Source: Klebsormidium nitens
Taxonomy: Eukaryota; Plantae; Klebsormidiophyceae
NCBI GenBank assembly: GCA_000708835.1
Contig: DF236963.1
Coordinates: forward strand, 310,001-374,000
DNA: 64,000 nucleotides
Direction: 5' to 3'
Position 1 is the stretch's first letter; every line of letters starts with the position of its first letter. Made by a program: the position numbers and the translations under genes. The notes under the pieces were generated by a model. That model was not told the DNA's origin, did not search any database, and saw nothing but the letters and a program-made list of their open reading frames with translations. Below, piece after piece: positions 36,345-50,100 of this stretch.

Positions 36345-37800
36345 TGTGAACCAGCAAGCAGCAGCTTGATCCTTTAATATTGCTCTCAAGCACAATGCAC
36401 GCACTTCAGCTGCAGAAACATGTCAGTGCCTGAGGTCAGATCTTCAGGACTTTGATCCAACCGTCGCGGTCTTTACAAAGCATTCTATACAATCAACTGA
36501 TCATCATGGAGCAAAACAAAGGATATGTACGAAGGGCCTTTGAAGCAAGCTCACTGTTGCAGGTCAACACGATCAATGGCCACAAATGCTCCTGGGCAGA
36601 ATCATTGGAAGGTCAACACTAACACTGTCCACATTCGACCTTGAAGTGTGACAATTGAAACTCACTTGCTAAACAGACGTGTGATGAACTTCGTGAGCAG
36701 GCTCTGCCCCATTTCCTTCAGTGATAGGGACCTTCTGCACGAACCGACTTTGGTGACCTTTTGCAAAGTTACCCTGCGTCTCAGCTAGATATCAATGAAC
36801 AAAGAACGAAGACCAGTATGCCAGTCACTACCACGCCCGAAGGAGGCATCTGTGATTGAGAGCTGCTGCCTGTTCGTACTGTAGGCAGGCCCTAGACAAA
36901 TACAGCATGATTGCTCCCAAATTGAATCATCATATAGGAAATCGTTGGCCCTTCTCTTCAGAATTGATGATACAGAATATGAGGGAGGCACCCCATAGAA
37001 CTAAAAGATTCACTCAAACAGCCCTGTCCTTTCGAGCAAGCTGAACGCATTGCAAAATTTTGAAACACCAAGCGAGGAAGTGGGAGGGAATTCCGAATCG
37101 CTGTGTACATACCTACTCACTAGCTAGCCGGGCCTTCTGCAGAAAGATTCCACATGACCCCATCTCACTTTCCCTGGATTTTGCGTCACTTCTCACCTTT
37201 TCCAACTTTTCATCCACACAGAGGGCTCGACCTGAGCGAAGCATCGAGCAGCATCATGATTCAGGTGTGAAAACCCGTGCATCGAATCGTCGACCGCCTT
37301 CTCTCGACTTCTCGAACCAAAGTGTTTGGCCCTGAGGTGGCCGACAAGCATATCATACCGTAGTCGAAATGGTCGCCGGGTGACCGCGCCGCTGCCGGAA
37401 TGAAGGGCGACAAGTCGTGTTTCCGGAGTGTTATGACCAGAGCGAATTTACACAGCAGAAGAATCTGGAATCAGCTAGTCTTCCGCACGGTTCAGAACAT
37501 CGGATTACGTAGACGGCGGGATGCCAACCTTCGACCTAGTTGGTGACTCAACTATCGAGCGTATGACGAGTAGCTGTAGGAAGAAAGAACCGGCGCTGAA
37601 GTACGTAACTACCGTATGTTTGAACACAGCCAGAGCTAAATCCTGAGTGCCGTACTTGTGCGCTGCATAAGCCGTCTTTCATTCCACGGCACTCACGGGG
37701 CATTTTACCCGGTTGAAAGCATCGGTTATTGGTTGCGTCACCAATCATGATGGCAGCTACATTCGCGGAGCCAATCGCTCGAAAGCAATGCGTACCGGTA

Positions 37801-38018
37801 GTAGTACCGTACCGTTGTCCGGTTGGGCAACAATTAAATATTCTTTGACTTGCCCTAAAATTTGAATGTAAAATAAATTCGAAATTCACATTTGCAACTC
37901 ATTTTGCCCCGTACAAAAACGAAATAAATTAATAAAATGAAGCTGCCCAAATTTCATAGCATACGAAATTAATTATTGGGCAAAAAATTGCCCAACCGGA
38001 CAATCGGTACGGTATTAC
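37801..38018. mobile_element. MITE-like element with about 30-bp terminal inverted repeats and AT-rich interior
   Basis: Left GTAGTACCGTACCG-TTGTCCGGTTGGGCAA (37801-37830) vs reverse complement of 37988-38018, GTAATACCGTACCGATTGTCCGGTTGGGCAA; the interior is strongly AT-rich against a GC-richer background; no clean TSD identified. Confidence 0.72.
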
Positions 38019-38944
38019 GTCCCGCAAGAAACTGGTAACCATGTCACGTGCCAAGGAGTCCCGGGCACCAGAAGGGATGGTTTGAAAGCCGAGTCATGGG
38101 GTAACACTGCATGCGCACAGGCACGAGATACCTATACCGGCCGAGGTACTGGTTTTGAGGTACGGTACTTAGTCAAGTCTCCCCGGGTGACAATGTAAGG
38201 CAACACGAGCATGATCTCGACCGGTACATCAAAGAACCGACCGCCGCCATCCACTGATCAACTAATAGCTCCGGCACTGGGCAGGCCTGAACTCAGGCCC
38301 AGCCTGGCCCTGAGGGTTCCCCTTCTGTTCTATGATCTAGGTACCTGGGTATCCTGGAGATCCGACGTGCAGTTGGGCGGCCTGCATGGTGAAGAAGTCG
38401 GGCCGCATCGTACAACTATGCTGAGGCTACACTGGCGGGCTGAAGCCGGAGGGCGCGTCCCAGCTACCTTCAAAGCTTCTCTCGCCCTATTATGTCAGGA
38501 TGTGAAAACTTGCTTTGACTACATTTTATGTAGCAGCCTGTTCATCCCGCTCTAGAGCCTTGTGCTCCTGCCGCCTGCAAGGTTGTCGACCGCCCTCCCG
38601 AGGAAACGATAGTGGCAGGCCGCCAGCTGTTGACAAAGTGCACGAGGCTATCCTGAGGCTTCCACTCCAACTTTCGGCCTCATTATATTGTACCGAAGCC
38701 AAGTATGCAAGCACTGGTGAACAAGCTCCCAATGCTTGCTAAGGTGAACATGCGGCGATGAAGACAAGTATAGATTTCGTTGCTCACTCATCGCCCTTGT
38801 CCTGCTTGGAGGCGTCTCAAGACACTGTAACCGCTTGCCAGAACGTGGACCCCTTGCCTGCACCCAGAGCATAAGGGGCCAGTGATGTAAAATGCGCCAT
38901 AAGTAAGGGCCGACACTTGCAGCTTTAACCTCTAGTCAGACTCT

Positions 38945-39112
38945 ATGGCGGCTGGCAGTAGTGTAGATAAGGCAACCAAACCAGCGCAGGAAGCAGGCGT
39001 AGCTTGTGGGCCAGAAGCCGTCAAAGTCCTCAACTGTGCCGCTAAAACTCCTTTTGATGAAGAGGCCTGCCAACAGCTGCTCCTCAAACTGCGAAAGTGC
39101 ATTGAAAGCAAG
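38945..39112 (+). CDS. Small twin-CX9C (CHCH-like) protein, first exon; downstream exon unresolved
   Basis: MAAGSSVDK...CGPEAVKVLNC...CQQLLLKLRKCIESK|gtgagt has two exact CX9C motifs and a consensus donor at 39113. Confidence 0.65.
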
Positions 39113-41303
39113 GTGAGTTGTCTGCACCTGATCCATCTCTGATTCATGTTCACTTAGAAAGTATTGTCGCTAGTCACCATTGACGTCTATGAATGATGAC
39201 ATTGAAAGTATAGACCAAAGTCTTTGAAAGTTTGCGGTGGTGTGATTCGATTGTTGGTGGTGGTACTTTGGCAAGTCCTCAAAGTCTCAGAAGGGAGTTC
39301 TAAATGCATTCCTGTTCCTATCTGGAAAGCCATCTGTTGGTGGTGGTGGATTGTGTTGTGTGCCTTCTTGTACTTGAATCTGCTTAAATTACGGCCATCA
39401 TAAAATTCCGCCAGCTCAGTCAAAAATAGAAAACTTGCAAAATGCATCAGACAGTTTCTTATCTTTTTGATGGTCAGAGTCTGTGAGTTGATAGGATGAG
39501 TCTCCGTTAGAAAGAACAGGGAATAGGCTGGAAATATGATGACCTAGGGCATCAATCAATTGATCAGCTAAACACTGAGGTGCCTGCTGCGCTGATGGTT
39601 TCCTTGTAGAACGTAGCTATGTGGCTTGGATGTCACAGGGGCCACTCTTACTTGAGGTGGGCCTCCGCGGCCTGATCAGGAGAAACTTTTTCCTTACTTC
39701 ATTGACAAAGGTTACTTTTGCTACATCCTTTGCCTGAGGGTATGAAGGGTGGGTTACGTACAATGTTATCTGAAGATAGGCTATATGGAATCGGTTCGGC
39801 CTTCAATGTTGGTAGGGAGGGTGTGGTGTAGGATCTGATCAACCAGATGCAACGTGCAAGATTCAGGGCGAATCAACCACCATCTTTCCCAATACGGAAA
39901 TTGCAGTTTTGCCCGTTACTCTTTGAAGAATCGGAGAGGAACGGTCAATTGCATTGCGGTTTTTTTGGGTCAACAGAAGAAACTTACGTGCTCTGTGCTT
40001 TGCCTCATGTTGCAGAAAGTTGCTTCATTTACGATATTGGGGGAGGAAGCCCACCCGCAGCCTCCTGAAGGAGCCTGAGCTCTCCCAAGGTATTTGCCAT
40101 TGACAGATGCAGCTTTCAAAAACATCTCGAGTGTCGAAGAACGCAAAGGGGGTTCCTGGCAAAGACTCCTCAACCAGGATATGACATAATCTCCGTTTAT
40201 CGATTCAAGAAACTTCGCACGCAATCCTGGCAGGTCGACGAGATCATGTAATTTTGATTGATCAAGGCTCGCAGATCGATGGTCCTCTATATATATCCAA
40301 TTCATTGAACACACCGTCCTATTACGGCCACAAGTCTGCAACGATTGCCACATGCCAGCTCGCGCGGGCTTTATCGAACAATATAAAGCCAGATCAGAGT
40401 TTTGGTATTTTTCGATCTAGTGAACAGCAAGCCCAGTGAACAGTAAGCATTTTGGGATTACTAAAAACCCTAACCTAAGGAAACACCCGCTCCGCACCCG
40501 TACCCACCCTAACGTCCCCCTAACTAGCCCTACCCGTCTCCGTTACTGTTCACTGGCTATTACTGTTCCCTACATCGATCGGAATAGAGCTTTGGGGATC
40601 TGCGACACGTACTGTTTGATGAGGCCGCCGGCTCGTGCTGATCTGAATATCGTTTAAGGTGCACTCTATCTCTGCATGGGAGGTGTCTGTAGGATCGAAG
40701 TTGCATGTACACGTACAGTCATAGTTTTGATCGATTTCATGAGGAGGTCCAATCACAAATTGCATACATGTATGCTTGAACGTGCAAATAGCCCCAGGCT
40801 TGAACTTGCTTTGATCAACTATGTACGGGTCCGACATGGATACAAGTGACATGCGTATACTTGGGCAACTAAGGCGAATGATGATGCATGGTCAATTAGG
40901 ATAACTCAAGGCCCGGGCCTTGTGCATGCATGCCGCAAAACGATGACGGCGCGCTGCAAGCCTGCTTTCCATGATAAAATGTTTTGCAAACATCGATCTG
41001 GCATCAATGTTCTCGAGACCTGGCACCGAATTGGCAGCAATCATATTGCGAGTCTTGTTGGATGCGTAAGTTCTTTGGCAGGCGCTGTTGCTGACCGGGC
41101 CACTGAGGAATTGCAGATCCAAGCAGCCATTGCTGTCGGCACAATCTATAGAATGTTCTGCGAGACAATTGCACAGGCCATACAAAGTAACCGATCATGA
41201 CTGCGGATTGCATTGGAACTTTCCCGAAAAGATTGGATCATCATGGTAAAGAACAAAGGCGAGCATTTTCAAGGTTCACCCAAACAAAGGGCTGCAAAAA
41301 GTA

Positions 41304-42650
41304 TTAATACAGCCTAGCAATATCGGGACTGCACCAGGCCTCAACTTCCACTAGAGTAGCGCTAGACTCGTCACCAAAGAGAGAAACCTTTCCATCTTCT
41401 CTACGAGCATACGAGTTGCCAAGCCTTGATCTTGCTGTGCGTAGATCCCCCAAACCGCCGACCGAGTCCGGCCCAGCAAACCCTCCCATTACAGGCGTCA
41501 ATGGAGGGCCAACAAGAAGCCCGTCAGAACCAAATTGGGGACCCCCCCGAGCATAGTCGAAGATGGCGGCTCCACTTCCACCTATTTTTGACAACTTGAC
41601 CGGCATGTGAAAGGCTCGGCTCGTGCTGCTTGTGCCCTCTGGCCAATAGAAGAGGAAGGCCTCGTAAGAGTCGCGGTAGTCATCGGTGCTCCCCCAACCC
41701 TCAGAGTTGAAGGCCCCGATGAAGGTTCCTGTGTCTGTCTCAGCTAACACAATGCATGGCCCCTTGAAATCGCAGCATTCGTGGAACACCCCAGCCCCTG
41801 CACTAGGGTGTATCCAGTTCGATTACTCTGGGCAAGACAAACTGTATGATACGGAGGCTTCCAGTAGGTCTGCACCATGTCGCCTCATCTATTTTGTTTC
41901 TCAACATATCCAGGTAGCCAACGGAAGAATGGCCAAAACAAAGATTTCATGGAGAAAGGAGACTGGGCCACGGCCACATTGGAAGGGCCGTACTCTCGGT
42001 TGATAGAACATCTCAGGCGGCACAACTATGTCTCTTTTATGGTCCGTATCACAAAATCTCCGGATGTCCAAAGAAAGTTGGCCCAGAGCTCATGCTCAAA
42101 CCTCCACAATTGCTTCAGAAGGGGCACTTCACTCATCGCCCCCATCACTGAAAGGACGGGATTCCAGACGGACAGCTGCAAACACTTTCAGAGCTCATAT
42201 GAAAGACGTTCAAAGCTTACCAAAGCCATCAACGCTCGCTCTGTAACAACACCTCAGATCTCGTCCCGCAAGATGCGTTCCGTCCAACAACCGGTTGGGA
42301 AAGGGAGGCTCTCCATTGTGATAGAAGCTGCGTTTTGTTGCCACGGTGTCTAATTCTTGCTCCTTCCTGCCCCCAAACAGCCCACCAAAAAGACAGACTG
42401 GCCCGCCCTTTCTCCGCTTCAGATGCTGCTTTAAAGAACACCCATTTCTGCTTGGCCTTAGTGACGCTGGGTCAGAAGGGACCTTCCGCTGGAAAATCGG
42501 TGACTGACCCGCTATTGATTGTAAGCTTCTTGAAGCTCTTGGAAAGTGCCTCCAATTCAAGGGCCCACTTAGACTTAGCTTGCTCACTGTCAGCTGCTGG
42601 CTCAGGTGGTTTCTGTGACCCGAGTGTTTGAGATCTCTGGTGGCAGCCAT
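41304..42650 (-). CDS. TLDc-domain protein with predicted plastid transit peptide, 2 exons
   Basis: Exons 42650-42221 and 41797-41304 (G|GG, phase 1); [13 protein letters not shown]|[16 protein letters not shown]...[23 protein letters not shown]...[15 protein letters not shown]; S/R-rich N-terminus. Confidence 0.88.
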
Positions 42651-43184
42651 CCTTCCTTTTTCTTGTGGGGGCAAGCCTAACCCGTAGACAATTGTTGCTC
42701 TCCCGACTCATTGCAGGAATCACAAGAGCTCACTTTCTTGCTCTTGGCATGGCAGCTGTTTAAAACACTCTGCGGCATTGAAAGACGAGTATTCAACGAT
42801 TGCGACATGGCGCATGAAAGGGGGGTGACTACCTGCAATGCTGTGGTGCCACAAGCCGACAATCAGCTCAAATCAGAAGCCACATTGGAGGTGGTTCGAC
42901 TTTTCACGGGCGTCATACAATCACCTACAGCTGGTCCTGTGAAGAGAGACTCTCCCTTGAGCTCTGGTTCAGAAGCGAATTGCTTAGTGCCGCAACCAAC
43001 GTGGACAATGCAGCAACTATGCAGGCTGCTCCCTTTAGATGTTATGACAAGCCTTATGCCCGAAAAGTTGTAACTTCTCAGGTGACTTGCTATTCTAGAG
43101 AATTGCTGAAAACTTAAAGCACTGAGCACTGATGATTCAGATGAACTCTGTTCAGGGTGAAGACGGACAGCTCTAGGGTGGGCT

Positions 43185-43228
43185 CCATTCCGTCCCGTTC
43201 CGTTCATTTCCATTTCATTCCGTTCCCT
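43185..43228 (+). repeat. Short degenerate pentamer repeat (CCATT/CCGTT)
   Basis: ccattccgtcccgttccgttcatttccatttcattccgttccc. Confidence 0.55.
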
Positions 43229-44181
43229 TCGATGTCGTCTCCCTCCCTCTACAGGGGCCTAAGGCGAGTCCGCCCACGGATTCCGCCAGCTTAGCGTACC
43301 ACGGAATGCGCTCCAGATGCAGGTCCAGGTGCAAGATGGGCCCATGCAAGTCCAATGGTCAGTACTAAAGGCGGGCCAAAGCGAGCTGCAAACTTCAAAG
43401 TAGCATTGTAGGCTTTGGCAGGACCGATCTTCCAGGAAAGCGGTCGCGGACTGAATGATGCTATCTAGGTGATAAACGCAAAGCAATTGGCATGACGTAT
43501 ATGTGAACCGTTTTTAAAAGGCACTGATTTTGTCTGGGCACGTCGAGTCCAAGAGTATGTATACTTTCAATGGCCAAGTCTGAGTTTCGCCCCTACAGAC
43601 TACCTATACGCATCACATGTTTGCGACTATGTAGAAGCACCTAGGCATCAGCAAGCTATCCGGCGCGTTCATGTGATTCCTATATATACATGTTCATCGA
43701 GTGCTCTTGAGATGCAAAGATTTTAAAAAAGTGATGTATGTGAGTATGACGGTTGGTTCGTATGTGTCTCCCAGAGCCAAGTTGATGACGGTCTGCCTGA
43801 CACTGATGACATCGGCATTGAGAACAGTTGACTAACTTGACGTATCCATCCGGGCCAAGTCAACTCAACATGTCGACCTCATGCACGGCGGCCAAAAATC
43901 GAATATTAATCGGTGCTTCTATCCATGCTACCAACAATGACGGAATCCCTGCAGATGTCCCTTTCTTTTGTACAAGCGCAGGTTGCACATTCGCCAATTT
44001 TTTACCTCGACTCCTTCTATCTCACGCGCTGCATAGCTGAATGAACCAGATAAACTCCTCAATCCCGTCAAACCTGTCAATAACATCAGATATGAATTAC
44101 CGCCCGAGTACCTTTGCCGCACTCCTTGGTCTATGTCAGCCTTAATGTAACCTAATAAACAAAATTGAACTCCAAAACTTT

Positions 44182-47100
44182 CTATGCTCGCCTCTGCATT
44201 CCTTGAACCGTAGCCATCACGACCGCTGCTAAGACCTCCCCATGCTCGCGGGCGTCCCTTTTTGCGGCGTCTAAAACTGATTTTACAATCTTGTCCCGGA
44301 AGGCCGTTTCCTTGTGAAACGTCACGCCCACAAAGGACTGCAGCGTGCTCGACTGGGAGTCCTTTTGCGTCATCACCTTGCGCCCTTGCACCTGCGAGCA
44401 AAGAAGAGATTGAGGTCTTCTGTGGAGGCCTTTGTGGGTGGCAAAAATAAGTACTGGCTGATTTTGCAGCTAATAATTAACCTTTCAATCAGAGTCGGGA
44501 GGTCGATACGTCTCCCGAAGCGGTGGCATTTGCGACGAGCCATCTTTGCACACGTTCACTGAAGGTAGGTTGATCCGTCCGGATCTGAGGGTTTGTCCTC
44601 GTAAGGCCTGCATCGGCGAATGCTTGGTACAAGTGTTCACGGAACACAAGCTAAAAGATGGACCAGGCAGATAGACCTTTTCGCAAAGCCCTGCCTGGGA
44701 ATTCACAAATTTCAGTGAGACTAAAGCTTGCTTTAAAAGTCCACCTTATGATCCCAAAGAAAAGGACGCCGCGCGGCATCATACGACGGAACAAAAGGTC
44801 TGTGGGATGCAACGCCCACGTCCTTCCGATCATGGCCGTAAAACGTCTGTGAGTGTCTCAACTCCTCAACGTGACGATCTAAAACCGCCCGTTTACAGCG
44901 CAGGCAATTTCGCAGAACTTTCGTGACGCGTCATGCTCTGACCGGAACGAAAGGACCGAGCTTCCCTGGAAAGTGTCCATCTTATGACCTCAAAGAAGAG
45001 GACGCCGCACGGCATCAAAGAGCGCAGTCAGATGCAACGCCCACATTCTGTCCGATCATGCCCGTAAACGATTGTGCGTGTCCCTATTCCTCGAGATTTA
45101 CGTTCTCAGAAAGCGCCCGTCCTGAGAGCAGGCAATCCGAAAGACCGTCTCAACGTGCCCTGCTCTGACGTCGCAGAGACACAAATGACAGGATCACGGT
45201 GGGGGTGCTTGAAAGTTTTTTCTGGCTCTTTTTCGTAAAACAAGACGGTTTGGCGTCGCGCTAAGCCGCTTGTGGGCAGCCAGTGCCCAGAGGAGATGCG
45301 TCATTATCGCCAGCGAAAATTTCTAGAACAGAACGACTCAGGAGCTGAAAGTTCTGGTAGGTCACCGAATTATCAGAACAAATCTTTGAATCCTTGCAAA
45401 GCGCAGAGCGTTCCGGAAAACACAGGGCGACAGAAGCGCATTATTCGAGCGGAAAAAGGATTCGGCTTCTCATTCTGCAGTCCACGCCTGGTCACAAATG
45501 CTCACAAAGGAAAGAAAGACCAGAAACGAGCAACTTTGAATATGCCAATACTTCAATTCCCACGTTTTCTGAGGGAACTTCGTAACTCTTGAGTTGCCAA
45601 GCTCTGGACCCCCATCAACATTGGAACTCAACAAGCCGCGGGTTCCCGTGGGCGTAGAGGCAGGGAGTAGACAGGCAGGAATGATACAGGTTGCGCATCC
45701 CAACCTTCGGGGGCGTCAAGTACTGAGAACACATTGATTTGAGCTGGTTATCGGGTCATTGCGATCATCATTGCCGAGATACAAGGCCCAAGCATCTTTG
45801 AAACAGAAGGACGAAAGCAGCGGCAAGACACTTTCGAAGTGGCAGCAAAAAACCAGCTGATCCTTACGGGAGCAAAGACTTACGTCGGGGGAGAAGTTTC
45901 AGCCCAACTCGGACGCATCAGAGAAAAATCTCAGCAAGAAACCATAATGTCCTCGTCAATGCAGATCGAAAGCACCCGACGAACACGAGGACAAACACAA
46001 GCGGCAGATCAAGTACAATACATCAGCCCAAAATACGGAGAAAGAAACGAAACCAAAACAGGGTATCTTGCTCCCTTGCAATGCAGTAATTTCTCGGTAG
46101 AGGTTTGCAAGCGGCCCCCAAAGCAGGTCACAATACACACCGACTCGAAGCTGAGATTCAAGCATATGAAAGCCAATAACAAAAGCATTGGTACTTGCGT
46201 GTCAGGGGCTGGCTCCGGTCTGCCGTCAACCGCTGAGCTTGCACGCTCATTTGGGCCATCATTGCCGTTCGACAGACTTAACGAACGTGCAAGCCGTTCG
46301 AACATCTCAAATCCCAACAAGAGCAGGTCTCCAGCGGCCAAGACAGTACCTTGAAAAGGCGCCACGTGTCACGTCCCCAAACGCGCACTATCAACCGTCC
46401 AAGTGGAAACTGAAGAGTATACTCACCGTTCACGCTGCGAGGGCAATGACCACGTGGTAAACGGTTAAGCACGTCTCCGTTGGCAAAGATTGTCTGGGTG
46501 TATTGATCTCGTTCTAGTTTTCGACGGATTTGACTACACCACACAGACGTGGCTTCAACCAGGTCGTCTCAAGGCTTTCGTGGCACATTCAATGCCCATA
46601 GCCGCCACGGCATCATCGCCACAAATAGACTACAGCGGAGGGTTTGGAAGCTGTGGCGCTCGCAGACGGCTAATGCAACATAGAGGGAAGAGTTACGCCA
46701 ATTCGGGCACAGAAGAAGCGACAGAAGACGCTAATCATTCTCTCGAAGAGGGACCCAATCTACTTTAGAATCCAACAGAAAGAAGAACAGCAGATCCGCC
46801 TTTGCAAATCCGGACGTGCAAGGAATGATGCGCAAACTAGAAGACGTCTAGGCCACGGCTCTGATGGCACATTGCAGCGTAGAACATACATTGACAACGT
46901 TAAGAGAAGAGTCAGTCGGAAAAGCAAGGAAGTACTTTTGGACCGCTTGTACGCGGACGAAAGGTCGTTTGACGGATGAGGCCGGAGAGAAACCGATGCA
47001 AGTACGTCCTACGGCAATCGCAACTCGGAGAGCCAACCTTGTAACAGAAACTCGTTTTCTGTCCAGAGGATTACTCAGCTCCGTCCAACGCAAAGCACGT

Positions 47101-50100
47101 TTGAGGAAAAAGCAATATTGCCCATCATTTGCACCGTCATTGCCAAGGTCTTTGAGTACAATCTGACGTTTTGACAACCGGCCAAGTCCAAGTTATTTAC
47201 AGGCTTCTTTGCCTTCGGGTCCTATGACTGCGCACCTTCTTTGCTCAATCGCACCGTCATCATTGCCTTTCACACGCCGGAAAGACACGGGAAACAAGCA
47301 TGATATGTTGCCCACGTGGGAGCCAACAATAAGAACAATCACCATGTCGTAGCAGAAGCCCAGTCGCAACTTTGATAATGGGAAGAAAAGAAGTTCCTGA
47401 CAAAGGCGAGGGTTTAAACGCTCTAATTGAATGTCTCCAGGAACTTGTGTAGGATCTGATACACCACGTCAAAAAGGCAAGTAAAGCACGCTGTAATGTA
47501 CCCTTTTGTTGCACTGTAGTTAGACGACAGGGGTGGATCACTCCTGTCAATGTGGGAATTTCAACGAGTCTGTTGCACGAACTTTTTTGGTGAAGGTTGC
47601 AAGCTTGAACTCGTGATTCCGGTTACCGGATGCGATTCAACGATTCGTGCCCAAGACCAATTGCAGAATGGCACCGAAAAGTAAGATACACGCGGCCGAT
47701 ATGGCAGCATAGCCCCCGTCAATTTGTATCTGGGCAGATTCAATGCCTATGCTAGCCGCTTTTCATCCAGAACACTTGTTTTGGAAGCTAGTGCACCGAA
47801 ACAGGGAAACACACGACAAGGCTCAAATTGTAGAAAACTCACCCGCACATCAATTGACATTGAAACGCACCTGTAAGCCATTGGTGCCTTTGACCAGAGT
47901 ACAAGATGGCCGTGCTTTTTCCTCATTCAGATGCCATTCACAGCCCCAGCAAAGAATCTGGAATCATCCGAGAGTTGTCGACTAATCTGGGCTCTGTCGA
48001 TCCGACACCGACTCTCCTGAAGATTAATCTGACCTACGGTGAGAGAAGGTTGGCACTTTGCATTGGGCGGAAATTCCCATAAGCACCAACATTGCCACCA
48101 AAAAACGAGTATGGAAGAGGGGCAAGCAATCGGCTTGATCGACAATAACGCGGGTTCATTCCGTCGCAGTAAGACTGCCAAGAGATCCCAACATGAAAGC
48201 AAGCCAGCCCGTCCAAGAAAAGCTGCCAATTCGATTAGTAATGTACATCGTGCTCAAGCTCTATGCGAAGAAATTGGTGAGACATCATGTACCAAGTTGC
48301 TCGAAACACATTCATTCCAAGGGTGCACGCACGGGACTATTGTCTTGACTTGCTTTACCAACTCAACGTAATTTGTCTATTGCTGGGACATAACAGATGC
48401 AAAAAACCATCCAATTCTTCACGCCCCTCTCCAACAATGTGCCAGAATTGGACGGCGTCTGAAAATACCTGTAGGCTTGGTGGGCAGCTCTAAGCTTAGT
48501 GCATATACCATAATTGCCGCCTTTGGACCAAGGCACTTATTCATTGATGCACAGAAACCGCTGTTTGACGGTCAACTCAAACCCAAACTTGAATAAGGGA
48601 CCAAGCACGCTGCAAGTAGGCACAGATTAGCCGAGCAATTTCTGCAGGAGATTCCACAAAGGCCAGGATTGTTCGGGCTCCTCAGAAAGAAGGCATAAAC
48701 GTTACCGAATCAACAGTTCAGTTCACAACAATACTTCGGCAGTGGTTAACGGGTATGAAACACACAAACTGAAAAGGAAATGCTCTCTTGCTCGACATAC
48801 CGCAAGCTCAGTCCTGAGGTCGCTGACATTAGAAATGCAAAGCTCACAATGGCATTACACGGGACAAACGCAAATCGTTCACGGAAGATGGGCAACAATG
48901 CGAGATGACCCGGCAGAAGCGTGTGCACAAACGTGTGACCCACGGAGAGAATCAGCAATCCCGCAAAAGTCGCTGAGTGCTTCGAAAATACAGCACTTCT
49001 TTCAAAGCACGAATTAGAATATCAGCTCACTTGAGTGTTCAACTTCGTATGGCACCTTCCTGAAAGAAAAGTAAGCGATCGAAGCAGAACAATGATAGCA
49101 AAAGCAGGGGCGACCAAGGCCGGGAGTTTCACCTGAAAATGGTCGCCAAAAGCCGCCCCGTGCAAGGTCGTGATCTCGTTGAGGCCGATCTGGTGCAGGT
49201 CTGGTTCCGCCCACCGCTGCTGTAGCACCACCGCGCGGAGCTCTGCGTTGTTGCGTTGCCGGTGGGGGTATCTATACGAGACCTGGAAATAAGGGGGGGA
49301 GAAAGGTCAAGTGACGTCAGCAGATCATGATGCAACGTCACTGCTGCAGCACTACCGCGTGCAGCTCCGCGTTGTTGCAATGCCGTTGGGGGTATCTGTA
49401 CGAGACCTGTAAATATTGGGGGAGCGTTGTTATGAGTGACGTCAGCAGGCCATAATGCAACGTCAGCCACTGCTGCTGCAGGGCCGCCGCGCGGAGCTCC
49501 GCGTTGCCGTGCTGTCGGATGGGATACTTTACGACACCTAGAATTCAGGGGGATGACAACAGGTTACGAGCAGATACTGATGTGACGTCAGCCACACTTG
49601 CTCTCTTGTTCTGTGAATCGACCGAACCGGTATTATTGGGAGTACTATTACAACACAAAAGACGAAGGGGATTTTCTAGGGTACAACCACATTGCGAATA
49701 TGACGACGTCAGCGTAAAGCAAGAAACGTCAGCCTAGCAAGTTCACCTAGAAAGAAGGTTTCAATTAGTTTGTAATAGCAGCGTGTGGCACTGGAACGAC
49801 GTCTGTAATGTGCAAGTGCGAAGGGGAGAAGACGTTGTCGTAAATCTGACGTCAAGGGTGTCGGGGAACGTGACGTCAGGGCTCGACTGTTATCGACTCC
49901 ACGGTAGACGCTCCGCACCAAGCGTCCAACGCAACAGCCGAACAGTTTGTCCGGCAAAAGAATGCTTTGTTATCCAACCGAGATGGCCAGCCTTATAGTA
50001 CCTTGAGATAATATACGCAGAGACCAAACACCCAGACGTCGTGAGCTATCTCTTTTTAGAAAAGCTCCACAGGTTTGGCTTCCAACTGGTGCGAACACAC

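Noticed and set aside
38205-38700. HDLDRYIKEP resembling a hAT transposase C-terminus
   Set aside because: None of the downstream conserved residues (WW, YP.L, ER.FS) follow, and multiple stops intervene.
40550-41200. Cys-containing 92-100 aa ORFs between the CX9C and TLDc genes
   Set aside because: No family recognised and no splice or codon support.
49313-49880. Cluster of TGACGTCA palindromes as bZIP/CRE enhancer sites
   Set aside because: Explained by the duplicated branch-point segment (CTGAC) of the echo units.
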